From: Hemiscyllium ocellatum
Lineage: Eukaryota
Direction of reading: 5' to 3'
NCBI RefSeq assembly: GCF_020745735.1
Contig: NW_026867487.1
Span: forward strand, 4,791,239 to 4,855,238
DNA length: 64,000 bases
Position numbers and translations under genes: made by a program. The notes beneath the pieces were generated by a model. That model saw only the letters and a program-made list of their open reading frames with translations. It was not told where the DNA came from and ran no database searches. Positions 51,857 through 62,361 of the stretch are shown in pieces; positions within the stretch are counted from its first letter, which is position 1, and each line of letters starts with the position of its first letter.

Positions 51857-52160
51857 GGGCTCAATGCGCAGTAATACACTGCAGAGTCTGCCCGTTCTGC
51901 TATCACCACTTTCAGCTTGATGGTGCGGTTCACATGATCGAGCTCTGAGGATAACCGGTCTCCGTGAAACTTCTCTGCGTTCCCGTCAAATTTGCTTCTC
52001 CGCAGCAGAAACTCCATGGAATCACTGGAATGTTGACGGTACCAGAACAGGTAAACATTGTTGCTTGTTTTAGTACAATTACAGAACAACTGGGCACTGT
52101 CCCCCACATTCACTGCGATCAAAGCCGGTGTCTGCGAGACAGAATCACCTCGACAAAGTC
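51857..52160 (-). pseudogene. Family B copy 4: intact V exon, leader exon removed by the unit-4 breakpoint
   Basis: Open V exon ...LFCNCTKT...YLFWYRQ...YYCALSP; similarity to B1 upstream sequence ends at about 52402, short of the position of the B1 donor. Confidence 0.75.
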
Positions 52161-53519
52161 CTGTAAAATTGATTGAACAATTTATTTGACTGGTTAATTG
52201 ATGGACTTATGCACACGAGAACCTCAGCGCAGTGAAAAGCTTTGTTTACAAGCGGTATAGGCAGATCACAGCAAAGAAGGATATACAGATCATAGGATGG
52301 CAAGAACAAACTTAGACAGAGGCAGATTGGCTATGTTGCAAAGGTAAACATTAGCAAAATCAGCACTTGAAGTTAGAGACTCCAGGAGAATCCAGAAATT
52401 ACCTTAAAATTATACCCGCGTGATAGCCATGGAAAATGTATCTGGCTATCTGCTCTGTCTATGTCTCACATCATATCTTGCTTTAAATTTGGATGCCATT
52501 ATGAATCAATGATACATTGTCGTCAATACACAGGTGCAGAGGGACAATCCACTACACTTGACTGTCACCAGCAAGAAGAGATTTGACCTTCTATTCTGAA
52601 ATGTATAGGCCCACAGTTCATCACTAATCACTGGTAGTGCTCATTGGTGCTACAGTCACTATGGACATATTTTAAACAACATTAAACATACATTCTTAAA
52701 CTAGATAAGAATTCAATGTAGGCTGCCTATACCAAGGTCAGGGATGCTACCAATGTGCGATAAGAATCCTTAGTCTGAGCGTTCTATTATCGGAATCAGA
52801 ATACATTCAGCTTCTCTGATGGAAAAGTCAAGTGCAGCACCTCTGTGGATACAATCACTGACATTGCGAATCCTCTGTAATGACATTAATCTCTGTCAAG
52901 TAGATCTATAGCAAGAGGGCAACATCATGTTGTCCTCTCATGATCCTCAATTTATTTCCAATTTTACTGATCGTTGCAACACATATTCTCAATCAAACGT
53001 GCAATGAAGGCGTTTTATATCTTTCCATGCACCTCGGTGCATTGTCAGCAACAATATAACAGCGAATCTCAGACACTGACTGCAACAAATTCTCAAACTC
53101 AATCCGTTTCAATGGTGAACAAGTGCCCGTTATGAAAGAACAATCTAAGCATTGCTGTGAAAAATAAAAGTTGGTATTTTCAGCCTTGCATGAATGAGGA
53201 CAGGCACAAAATAACTCCAAATTTCACGTGCCCTATCAATTTCAACTACAGGAGAGCCCAATTTCGATTTCATTCTATTTCTCGCTGACCGTGCAATACG
53301 TGTTGAATTATAGAAGAAAGAAGCAGTTAACTGATTGGATTACATGCAAAACAATGCATCTAAAATATTGATTGGAAGTTGCCTTTAAGATAACTTTAAG
53401 TTATCGTGCATTTTTTTTTTCTAACTTAAAGTCTCTCCTCTGACTCTTCCTCTGGAGCTGAATTGTTCCTTCGGTTTCAAGGTGTGAATGAGCCTTCTTT
53501 AACTGGCACTCTCAGCGTG

Positions 53520-53559
53520 AGTTTTTGTAGGGGTTGTGCCATTACTCTGTATCAGTGTG
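53520..53559 (-). other. RSS of F (24-nt spacer)
   Basis: Minus strand CACACTG, 24 nt, ACAAAAACT. Confidence 0.8.
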
Positions 53560-54039
53560 AGCGTCATTGCACAGAAATACATGGCACAGTCAGAGATGAT
53601 GGCCATGCTGATTGTCAACTCGGCATACTTCGTAGATTTCGTAAATTTGAAAGCGAATCGTTCAGGAACATCTGGATTCTTCTTGACAATGTTTTCTCCA
53701 GCTATGTAAACCATGTACCTTGGAGGCTGCCCCGGGAGCTGACTGTACCAGTGAACATAAGGGATGGGATCGCTTGTCTTCAAACTGCAGGTTAGTGTGA
53801 CATTGCCTTCCTCTTTAACTGCTAATTCAGAGTCTAGCTGTTCCACCGTATCTTGCTGACTCCATTCTAAGAAAAACAAAAAGCAATTTTCAAGATTATA
53901 CCCATTACCGTCATTGTTTTCCGAATATTAACCCTTAGGTTGCAAACATCTGTGTCTGGTGAAATGGAATATTACTGAGAAACAAACACTCACTGAGAAT
54001 TGATACAATGATGAGGAGTGGTGTGAGAATATTCCTCAT
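53560..54039 (-). CDS. TRAV: TCR alpha/delta V segment, family F (leader 54039-53994, V exon 53866-53560)
   Basis: MRNILTPLLIIVSIL-K; donor |GTGAGT; acceptor TTTTTCTTAG|; WSQQDTVEQ...VTLTCS...VHWYSQLPGQPP...ISDCAMYFCAMTL. Confidence 0.9.
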
Positions 54040-55753
54040 GGTGCACTCTGAGTATGTAATTCTGCAGTCTGGAAAACCCTTTGTCAGAGATCCTGATCAA
54101 AGCTGTTTCACTCAATGAGTAACAGTGACGGCTACTGCGACATCTGCAGTATCACAGAGAAGGGAAGGCGCGTCAGAGATAAGGCAGCAAACGGAAGCTG
54201 AGGGCGGATCTGCAGCAGACACCGCTCTGAGTGAACTCATTTTGCCGTGTCAGAACAGAAGGTGAACAATGCGGTACAGCTGCATCCAGAAGTGTTGAAC
54301 GTGGAAAGGTCTGATACAACCCTGCCCGAGCAAAGAATCACCAACAATCAAATATGGAGGGGGGCATAAATGATCAAGGATTTCATAGTTGCAAATAGAA
54401 GCTATTCCGTCAATTATAACTGCAGCTGCTCTTTGAAACATTCCTGTATGTAGTTGCACAGCCACAGCTATTGTTCTGCAGCTGTGCAAAATCTATTACT
54501 TTCTACATATCTTTGCAATAACATTCTGAAAGTTAGCATTGAATCAACGTCCACTTACATGTTAAATTCGGGATTATAATAAGATTCAATGTGTAAAGCA
54601 AAGTGTGTTTCTTTTGTCAATGCTACTAATCGTGTTCCACAGATTACCGAACTCCAAACAAGTGAAAGTAATTTGGCATGATGGATTCTATCAACCCAAT
54701 GTATGAGCGCTCAGCAGTTCAGTAAAATTTTCATTATCATTAAGTTGACAGGAGGACAATAATATGTTCTTGTCTAGAATTTGCATGATTCAGGTGTCTG
54801 ATTATCTTTCATTTCTCCAAGTCAGTAAACCAAATCACGCACGCTTCCTGATCTCTGGACTGCCATCCAAATTCAGCTCCACATCTGTTTGGTCCACTCC
54901 CAATGTTTCCCTCCTTCTGTCTCCTCTGTTCTTCTGCGGTTGACAAGCTCCTGTCTATATATTGCGAATCAAATCACTGAGACTGATTCGGGGTTTTGGG
55001 CTTCCAAAGGATCTTTGTCATTAAGAAAACGATACAAAATTAAACAAAACCTTCCCAGGTTCTGTAGTTCTAACGAGGTTGCTTTTTCTCTGGCGTTGCC
55101 CAGCTTCAATCCCTGTTGAGGAAACAATGATACGTTCTTTTTGTGCAAACTGTTAAAATGAACGTGAATTCCTGGCATTAAAACAGCAAATTTAGAGACA
55201 AAGCAGTTCTGCCAGAATCAATCATGGATTCACAGCACAGGTAAAAAACACCACACTGGGCCGGAAGAAAGCATGCAGTCCGAATCAAAGTAACCAGCTG
55301 TAACCGTCTAAGATGATACATTTTGGATTCATAGGTGTTTCGTTATATTTTTTCTTTAGGATTTTACAATGAACCGCCAGGCGAAAGTATGCATTTGCTA
55401 CAATGGGGACTGGGACCATTTCGAGTCTGAGTAGTGACAGGCACTCAGAATGGAAGGAGGCTTCCTATCTGGCTAAGATGCTATTCACTTTGTGGGCCAC
55501 AAATTTCTAGATCCTTGAGAATGATTGGAAACGAAAAACTAAGGTTAGTTTTATATTCTGAGCGAGTCTGCAGGTGCATTATTAAAGTCAGTGATACAGA
55601 ATGACAAAGACAATTAAAGTTGGTGTGCTGAGAACAACTTCACTGGGTCCTAAACACATTGCTTTAACCACTCAATCACCACAATGACTTGGTAATATGC
55701 ATAGATGATATTCATTTAGGCTATGCTGAAAAACATTTCACAACCGTTTCATT

Positions 55754-56405
55754 TGTGATGATGTTTCTCCTTTAATAAGGTTATGTTGTCCTTCTTTTGC
55801 CAGGAGTTCATGAAAATGCAAGTTCTGAAATGTTTGTGTTTGGATGCGTTTTAGGGCCAATTTGATTATAGTTAACAGGTACTGCCTCAGGCAAAAACCT
55901 TTTAAGTTTTAAAAAAAAAACACTCGTACAATGAAAGGGGAGGAGCCAGTTCTCCCAGCTCAGCTCTTCTTTCGTTTCTTTGTTTTTTTGGCTGTCTGGC
56001 TATTTCCTGAAAGAAGTCAACAATCGTGAAGCTGGTGGATGCAAAAGTTTTGTCAATGTCGAAAGCTTTCTCTAATACCACTCATGTAAGACATTGGGTT
56101 TGAGTTTACCTTTTGCATCAAACGGTGTTTATGGGGACTTTACAATTATTGTGAACAGCAGCATTAAGTTGAGATAGTCTGCTGGTTTTTGGGGTAGTTT
56201 ATGTTATTCTGCTTTCTGTTCTCTTTGGTTCGTTTTTCATTGGGTAATCTCGCAAATAAATTCAGTTTTATGCGAAGGAAAGTGATTTAACCAGCTCTAT
56301 CACCCCCAGAATATTCACATTACACCTGCTATTGAGAAGTAGCAAAGTTAGGGTCTGCGCTACTTCCTTGAAATGCTTAGATGAGATCTGGTCTGTTCCA
56401 AAACA
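55754..56405 (+). mobile_element. Probable solo LTR (Gypsy-type)
   Basis: TG...CA termini, AATAAA at about 56255, end GATCTGGTCTGTTCCAAAACA resembles the reverse complement of the terminus at 57604; no TSD seen. Confidence 0.45.
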
Positions 56406-57019
56406 CTGTGAACTTTCATAACTCCTTAAACTTTTGGGATATCTCCAGGAACAGCAAATCTTTTAAGCTTCACAGGCATTTCAATCATCCAGCTACATTC
56501 TAATCATTTAAACTTCTGCTATTGGAGGTTTTGTCGCTTTTGTGTATATGTGTCTTTATCTCCGATGAAGAAATTGGATTCCTGATTTGGTAAATAATAC
56601 CGATTACACTTCAGAAATGCTCCGTTACGTAGAACATAATTTGAGTTATCATCAACTATGAAAAGTGTTTTATCCATGTCCATCTCTCTCTCAATGTGAG
56701 AACATTCAATATCAACGAGTATTTTCTATGAAGTCGTGGTCACTGCCTTTTTGAGGAAGGGAATTCGAAACACTCATGAACCTCTGAAGAAAAATATGCC
56801 CCTTCTCTCTGTCTTAAATGGATAGCTCTTTTAAAAATTGACACGCTCAGTCAATGACCTCTAGCTGCAGTACACCTCAAAGTATCTCTTCAATATATTT
56901 GCCAGAGGAAACTTCGAATAAACGTGACACTTTCCCAAACATCTGCTGTTTTTGCAGCAGCTTCAATTTACCAGCAGATGTTGGCATTCTATTATTTTAA
57001 TCTGAAGGCAGCAACATGT

Positions 57020-57129
57020 GTTAGGTAAGGGGTAAATGTAGGGGTATGAGTGGGTTGCGCTTCGGCGGGTCGGTGTGGACTTGTTGAACCGAAGGGCCTG
57101 TTTCCGCACTGTAAGTCTAATCTAATCTA
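57020..57129 (+). mobile_element. SINE/CR1 3' tail fragment
   Basis: CTTCGGCGGGTCGGTGTGGACTTGTTGAACCGAAGGGCCTGTTTCC...(TCTAA)3. Confidence 0.7.
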
Positions 57130-57276
57130 ATGGTGCAATGCTTTGACGTTGTTATTTCTTCCACCACAAGCCAAATGCATCTCCCATTGCGTGCAGAGAT
57201 GAAAGCAAGCATAATCAAAGACACGCACACACCCGCAGACAGACAAAACAAAAACACAGACGCACGCAGGTCTGGA

Positions 57277-57557
57277 GGTGGCACAGTGGCTCAATGGTTA
57301 GTACTGCTGCCTCACAACCCTTGGGTCACAGGTTCGGTTCCAGCTTCGGATGACTGTCTGCATGGAGTTTGAACATTCTCCGTGTGTCTACATGGGTTTC
57401 CTCCCACAGTCCAAAGATGTGCATATCAGGTAGATTGTCCATAATGTTAAGTGCATTAGTCAGAGGGAAATGAGTCCGGGTGGGTTACTCTTCGGAGGGT
57501 TAGAATGAGCTAGTTCGGCTGAAGGACCTGATTCCACACTGTAGGGACTCTAATCAT
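57277..57557 (+). mobile_element. HE1-type SINE
   Basis: GGTGGCACAGTGGCTCAATGGTTAGTACTGCTGCCTCACA...GGTTCGGTTCC...GGAGTTTG...GAAGGACCTGATTCCACACTGTAGGGACTCTA. Confidence 0.85.
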
Positions 57558-57603
57558 ATGCACACACAGAAGGAAAAACATTAATAGACAAACAAGATTA
57601 CCG

Positions 57604-57720
57604 TGTTATGGACCAGATCAAACCCCATCAAAATATATTTAGAAATTAACATGTATTCTAATTGTTCTACATTTCAAGATTCATGGATGCTTTACGTTCC
57701 AGATGCAATTAGCTCAGTGT
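57604..57720 (-). mobile_element. LTR terminal fragment
   Basis: TGTTATGGACCAGATCAAACCCC is the inverted counterpart of the 56385-56405 terminus. Confidence 0.4.
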
Positions 57721-58469
57721 ATACTCGATTTTAGACAAGGTGCATTTCATTTTTATGTTGCTCCTTCATCAGGTAACTCGGGGACTGGATCATGGGGTAC
57801 AGGATTTACAATACAAGATCAAAGTGTCATATAACTGATATGACTAGTTATCTGACAAAGAGGCAGTGCTCCCAAAGCTTGTACTTTCAAATAAACCTGT
57901 TAGGTTATAAGCTGGTATTGTATGATTTTAATTCTGTCCACCAAAGTACATTGTTGGCACCTTGACAATCTGGTGAGAAAAATTTACTTTCAATTTCCAG
58001 AGAATTCCACTAGAGGGTGGTGCGTGTCTGTGGTAAATATTGAACATGATATCTGGAGTCAGAGTGATGTTACAGACAGACAGCAGTTGTTAAAGTAAAA
58101 CATTTGGTACTGAAAGACAAACAGATAGACATGACCAGAAGGTGGCTCTAAGTGAAACTTGAAGAGGACGTTTTACGAGTTGTTAACACTTAATATTTTT
58201 CTCCTGGCTCTAAACATAGCTCTGTGACAAGTGCTTAACTCCACATTTCATGTAATTTGAAAACGTTTCAAATTTACAGTGTCCTTTTGTTTCTTCCTAC
58301 AGATATTAAAAGTCAGAATAAGCATACATCAATGAAATATGAGGAAATTGGCCTTTCCTTTAACGTTAATCACATTTTACTAAGAGTTACACAATCCAAT
58401 TGTCACGAAAACGAGGCACATAAACCTACTATTCAATACCAGCTATTGTTAATTTTGTCACTTTTTTTT

Positions 58470-58620
58470 TCCATTTTCTCATTGTGCAGCATTTCTGAGA
58501 TTCCAGTTGCTGTAAATCAGTTAACTCGATATTCTTCGTGGATTTAGTAAGAGTGAAAGAGAATCGTTCAAGAAAATCAGGATTCCTCTTTACAACTGGA
58601 AGTAACACCAACACATTATC
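58470..58620 (-). pseudogene. Decayed F-family V relic (G; CDR2-FR3 only)
   Basis: VKRNPDFLERFSFTLTKSTKNIELT versus F: VKKNPDVPERFAFKFTKSTKYAELT; no FR1, leader or RSS recognisable. Confidence 0.6.
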
Positions 58621-58849
58621 CCCAATTGCAAAATTACAAATTTGCTATTTCTTATCCGCTTCTTGTTTCAATGTATGCTGTGATATTTTAAATGCTGTCT
58701 AGCCAACGCCCCAGCTCTATTTAATCGTTCTCTAAAATTTGTCACATAGGCCAAATGGGTGGTCTCTATATTCTGACTTATTAATTTCTCCTTAATCAAT
58801 TTTAACCTCTTATTTCATACCAGAAATTTATTTCAAATGGACTGAATTG

Positions 58850-60100
58850 GAATGATTCATCCATGCGGGTCTGACCACAAAAAGTACAAATAGAACTCTC
58901 TTATCCTAATCATCTGAATAATCCTGACCATAAGCCTGCAACATGGTCTATAGTGTTGAATGCCTTCTCTCTAGCCCTCCCTGCCATTCTGGATGGTACA
59001 GAGTAGATTGGAATACGTTCATTCCCAAGTTATCCATAACCTCCTTGAATAGTTCGGATGTGAAGTTTGATCCTTGATCTCACTGAATACCTATTGGCAG
59101 TCTGTATCTAGTCAAAAAAAAAATTAAGTAGTACTCTACACCCCTTTTTGTAGTGATTTTCCATAGTGGGATTACCTCTGGAAGTCTAATTGATGCATTC
59201 ATTATTGTTAATAACCACCTATTTCCACTTTTTGTTTGAGGTAGGGGACCTACACAATCAATCAAGGTTCTTGTGAAAGTTTCCTCAAATGCTGGAATAG
59301 GTATTGAAGGTATAGATTTTATTACTGCCTGTGGTTTTAAGATTAGTTGACATGTATGACACACCTGGATTAGTGGTGCTGGAAGAGCACAGCAGTTCAG
59401 GCAGCATCCGAGGAGCAGTAAAATCGACGTTTCGGGCAAAAGCCCTTCATCAGGAATAAAACACCACTCTTCCAGCACCACTAATCCAGAATTTGTTTTC
59501 CAGCATCTGCAGTCATTGTTTTTACCATTTATGACACATCGGGCAAAATTCAACTGCAGCTTTGTGTAGTCGAGGCCAGTCGAAATGTCCTTGTATTTTA
59601 GCCTGTGGTTTCTTCACCACTGAATGACCTCCAAGTGATAGCTCATGTGACACTGGCAGTACCTCCTTTTTTTACCCTACTGGCAAATTATTTTGATGCA
59701 TCTCTGCCCATTTCTCATCTGCTTGGCTGTGTGGTGGTCTCCATTTCTTCGTTAAGACATCATCTGTTAAGTAATAGCACACAGGGATGCATTCACTCTC
59801 CTTCTCTCTAAATGACCTTTGATACAACTGCTTTAAGTTCTCATCTTTCTGCTGTAATTAAATCAGCTTAGCAGAGCTAAAGTTACTTGCATGTTTACTT
59901 GTTTGCTACTTCTCTGTGCCACTTTTCTGATTAGAAAGGGTCTCGGATAATACTATGTCAGTTTCCATATTTGTGCCTTTTGATCCAACCTGCATCAGCT
60001 TGTGCCTCTGTGATCTTGTGATCACAAAATCAGGGAAAAGTCCTGGGTAAACATTCTCTGTGTCTTCACTTGCTTGCATCTCCATTGGCGTTTCAACCAG
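58850..60100 (-). mobile_element. Gypsy/Ty3 LTR-retrotransposon internal fragment (integrase)
   Basis: HFDWPRL...FCPMCH|TCQ zinc-binding part, IDCVGPLPQTKSGN..LLTIM...PEVIPL core, FPDFVITRSQ upstream. Confidence 0.85.
59364..59529. mobile_element. 166-bp Penelope-end-derived insertion with inverted repeat and 9-bp TSD
   Basis: TSD TATGACACA (59355-59363 and 59530-59538); 23-bp inverted repeat 59365-59387 / 59467-59489; contains the reverse complement of CTGATGAAGGGCTTTTGCCCGAAACGTCG. Confidence 0.85.
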
Positions 60101-60161
60101 TGTAGGGATCCCAAAAGCCTGCAGATTAAAACACTAATATAGATAGATGCCACCACTCGTG

Positions 60162-60199
60162 TGTTTTTCGTTTAGGGTCTTGAGATCTACACGATGCTG
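60162..60199 (-). other. Decayed RSS of H
   Basis: Minus strand CAGCATC, 22 nt, CGAAAAACA directly after CAVRP. Confidence 0.45.
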
Positions 60200-60473
60200 G
60201 GCCTCACTGCACAGTAATGAACTGCCCAGCCTTCCACATTCAGGTTGCTTACATTGCGATAACCAGCTTTTGTACAAGTCTTGTCTTGAAATTCCGGTTT
60301 TCACATTTCTACTTCATTAACACTCCAGGTTGGAGGCTATTCCGTTGTCTTTCGTTATTACTGCTTGCTACCAATATGCAGGGTTGTACATTCACACTAT
60401 AACTTCACCGAACCCTCTCTTTACACAGTTACTATCACTGGAGAGTGAGTGCATCTCTCTATACATATTATAC
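60200..60473 (-). pseudogene. TCR alpha-type V pseudogene (H), not in the ORF track
   Basis: Acceptor TTTCTCTACCATCGCAG|; single frame with many stops: GIIC...THSPVIVTV*REGSVKL*CECTT...KPEFQD...VSNLNVEGWAVHYCAVRP. Confidence 0.75.
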
Positions 60474-60839
60474 CTGCGATGGTAGAGAAACTAAAGACTG
60501 GGTGGTAAAATGGAAATTATCTAAATCCGTGTCTTTTTTTTATGATTGTATGCAAATATCCATTCATTGATCTGTCCATAATATGCTCACATCTGATCGC
60601 TTCGTTCACCAGGTTCCATTAGGAATGAAGTATCCGTCTAGACTGAGTTGATTTCATTTAAATTCAATATAAATCTACATAGGTCCGTATTTACTCTCCA
60701 ATCCATCCAGAAATATAAGCAGAAACGTGTTTGAGGGAATTTGTGGCAGTGAGATGCCCGATGAGAAGCTGCATATGATGAAAGAAGAATTGGGCACCTC
60801 TTTCGAAGACTTTCAGCTGGAAAAGTTTAGAGGTTCTCA

Positions 60840-61160
60840 GTCCATGTAGAAGATTGGATGATCCTGAATCAGAGCGTTATCCAGCGCAGAAACAGATCCT
60901 TCCATCCAATTCGTACATGCTGACCAGATATTTTGAACTGATCTTGTCCCATTTGCCAGAATTTGGCCCATATCCCTCTGAATACTTTATATTCATGTAT
61001 CTATCGGCTTGTCTTTTAAATGCAGTAATTGTACTCGCCTCTACTACTACCTCTGCCAGCACTTTGCATGACATGCAACCTCCTCTGCATGGAAACGCTG
61101 ACCTTCTGGTCCCTTTCAAATCCTTCTCTCTCACCTTCATACCTCTTCAAATTCCATGTT
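60840..61160 (-). mobile_element. CR1 LINE 3' fragment
   Basis: Minus ORF EVVVEASTITAFKRQADRYMN..EGYGPNSGKWD. Confidence 0.7.
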
Positions 61161-62179
61161 TTTCGTCACTTGAAGAGTGAGTAGGTGCATGGTAGTCACA
61201 AACCTCGAGATTCAAACCTCATTCTTTTTGCTCCATCTGTTCTATTCACAACTGACAGCTACCACACAATTCATTGACCGTTGTGTCTGCTGTATTCGTG
61301 GCCACAGCATCCGTGAGTTGTTCTCCTTTTGTCTGTTGGGAAAATTGTGGCCACTATTGCACTGCTGTCATTAGTTGGAGCGGGAGTGCAGTGGAACTAA
61401 GAATCCAACAGAGTTTCTTCCGTCTGTACATATCTAAATAGACAAGCCTACATTTACACATTGCCTTGAGGTGCTCAAAGTTTAATTCCAGGCACGTCGA
61501 CTGCACCACATTGACCAGAGTCATTTCAAAGTGTCAAACTCATTTGTTCTAAATAAATAACCTCCTGTCATAAATACTAAATTAAGAACACACAGGCAAG
61601 ACTATAATCTATTTACAGTCCTGATTTCCCTTTAGATGTCATTGATGTTAATTCATCTCAACATGTTGTCCAATCTGACCATTCGTCAGAACTGAAGGGA
61701 AATATAAAATGATGATTTTTGAGTATTGTGAGAAGTTGGGGGAAAAAGAAGATAAGAACATTTTTCAGCATTTTTCAGCCGTCATAGCTCAATGCTGAGT
61801 CCCACAATTTGATGAAAACCAAGAAACATCAAGCAGGTCTTTCTTGTGTCTGTAAATGGAATTGAAACAATGAGGATATCGTTCTGAAGAAGCCTCATTC
61901 TGGGCCAGAAACATTAACTCTGTTTCGTTCTTGCCATATGTTTTTTTCTGACACACTAGGCTTCTCCAGCATCCTCTCTATTAAAATTTCTTAAAATATT
62001 CCTTTAATTTCTTACATCGTTTTGCCTTTGCTCTCAGAGGAACTGATACATGGGGTCTATCTTTATAGGTGTCATTAAAATATAATTTCCTTCTCAATGT
62101 CCATGTTATTATCGTTGATACTCTCGTCGTCGTGTGTTCTGGGCGGCCTCACAACATGTTGCATTAAGCCTTCTTCACA

Positions 62180-62314
62180 NNNNNNNNNNNNNNNNNNNNN
62201 NNNNNNNNNNNNNNNNNNNNNNNNNNNNNNNNNNNNNNNNNNNNNNNNNNNNNNNNNNNNNNNNNNNNNNNNNNNNNNNNNNNNNNNNNNNNNNNNNNNN
62301 NNNNNNNNNNNNNN
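62180..62314. other. Assembly gap (135 N)
   Basis: Run of N. Confidence 0.99.
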
Positions 62315-62361
62315 AAGAAAGAAAGAATCAAGGAAAGAAAGAATCAAAGAAAGAAAGAAAG
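62315..62361. repeat. (AAAG)n microsatellite at the gap edge
   Basis: AAGAAAGAAAGAATCAAGGAAAGAAAGAATCAAAGAAAGAAAGAAAG. Confidence 0.85.

Larger units (their letters stand above)
44960..52400. repeat. Segmental duplication unit 4 (close sister of unit 1; A, B; ends at about 52402)
   Basis: Very similar to 1-4333, including shared indels and the same CR1 insertion site; similarity stops after TCCAGAAATTAC. Confidence 0.88.

Noticed and set aside
52430-52620. Possible single-exon V relic on + (MENVSGYLLCLCLTSYL...EGQSTTLDC)
   Set aside because: Needs a frameshift, and no W41, YYC or RSS follows; too weak without an HMM search.
52400-53500. NAR-TCR-like D/J segments between F and leaderless B4
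   Set aside because: No RSS-flanked D, no FGxG/WGxG J with a splice donor, and no IgNAR-like V found.
55225-55525. Possible decayed V on - (acceptor-like site, CHYS, FFTCAVNP, ~300 nt)
   Set aside because: Several stops and frameshifts and no RSS; suggestive only.
62080-62179. CpG-rich sequence left of the gap as foreign DNA or a gene
   Set aside because: Too short and at a gap edge; likely low-quality contig end. ORFs spanning the Ns are artefacts.
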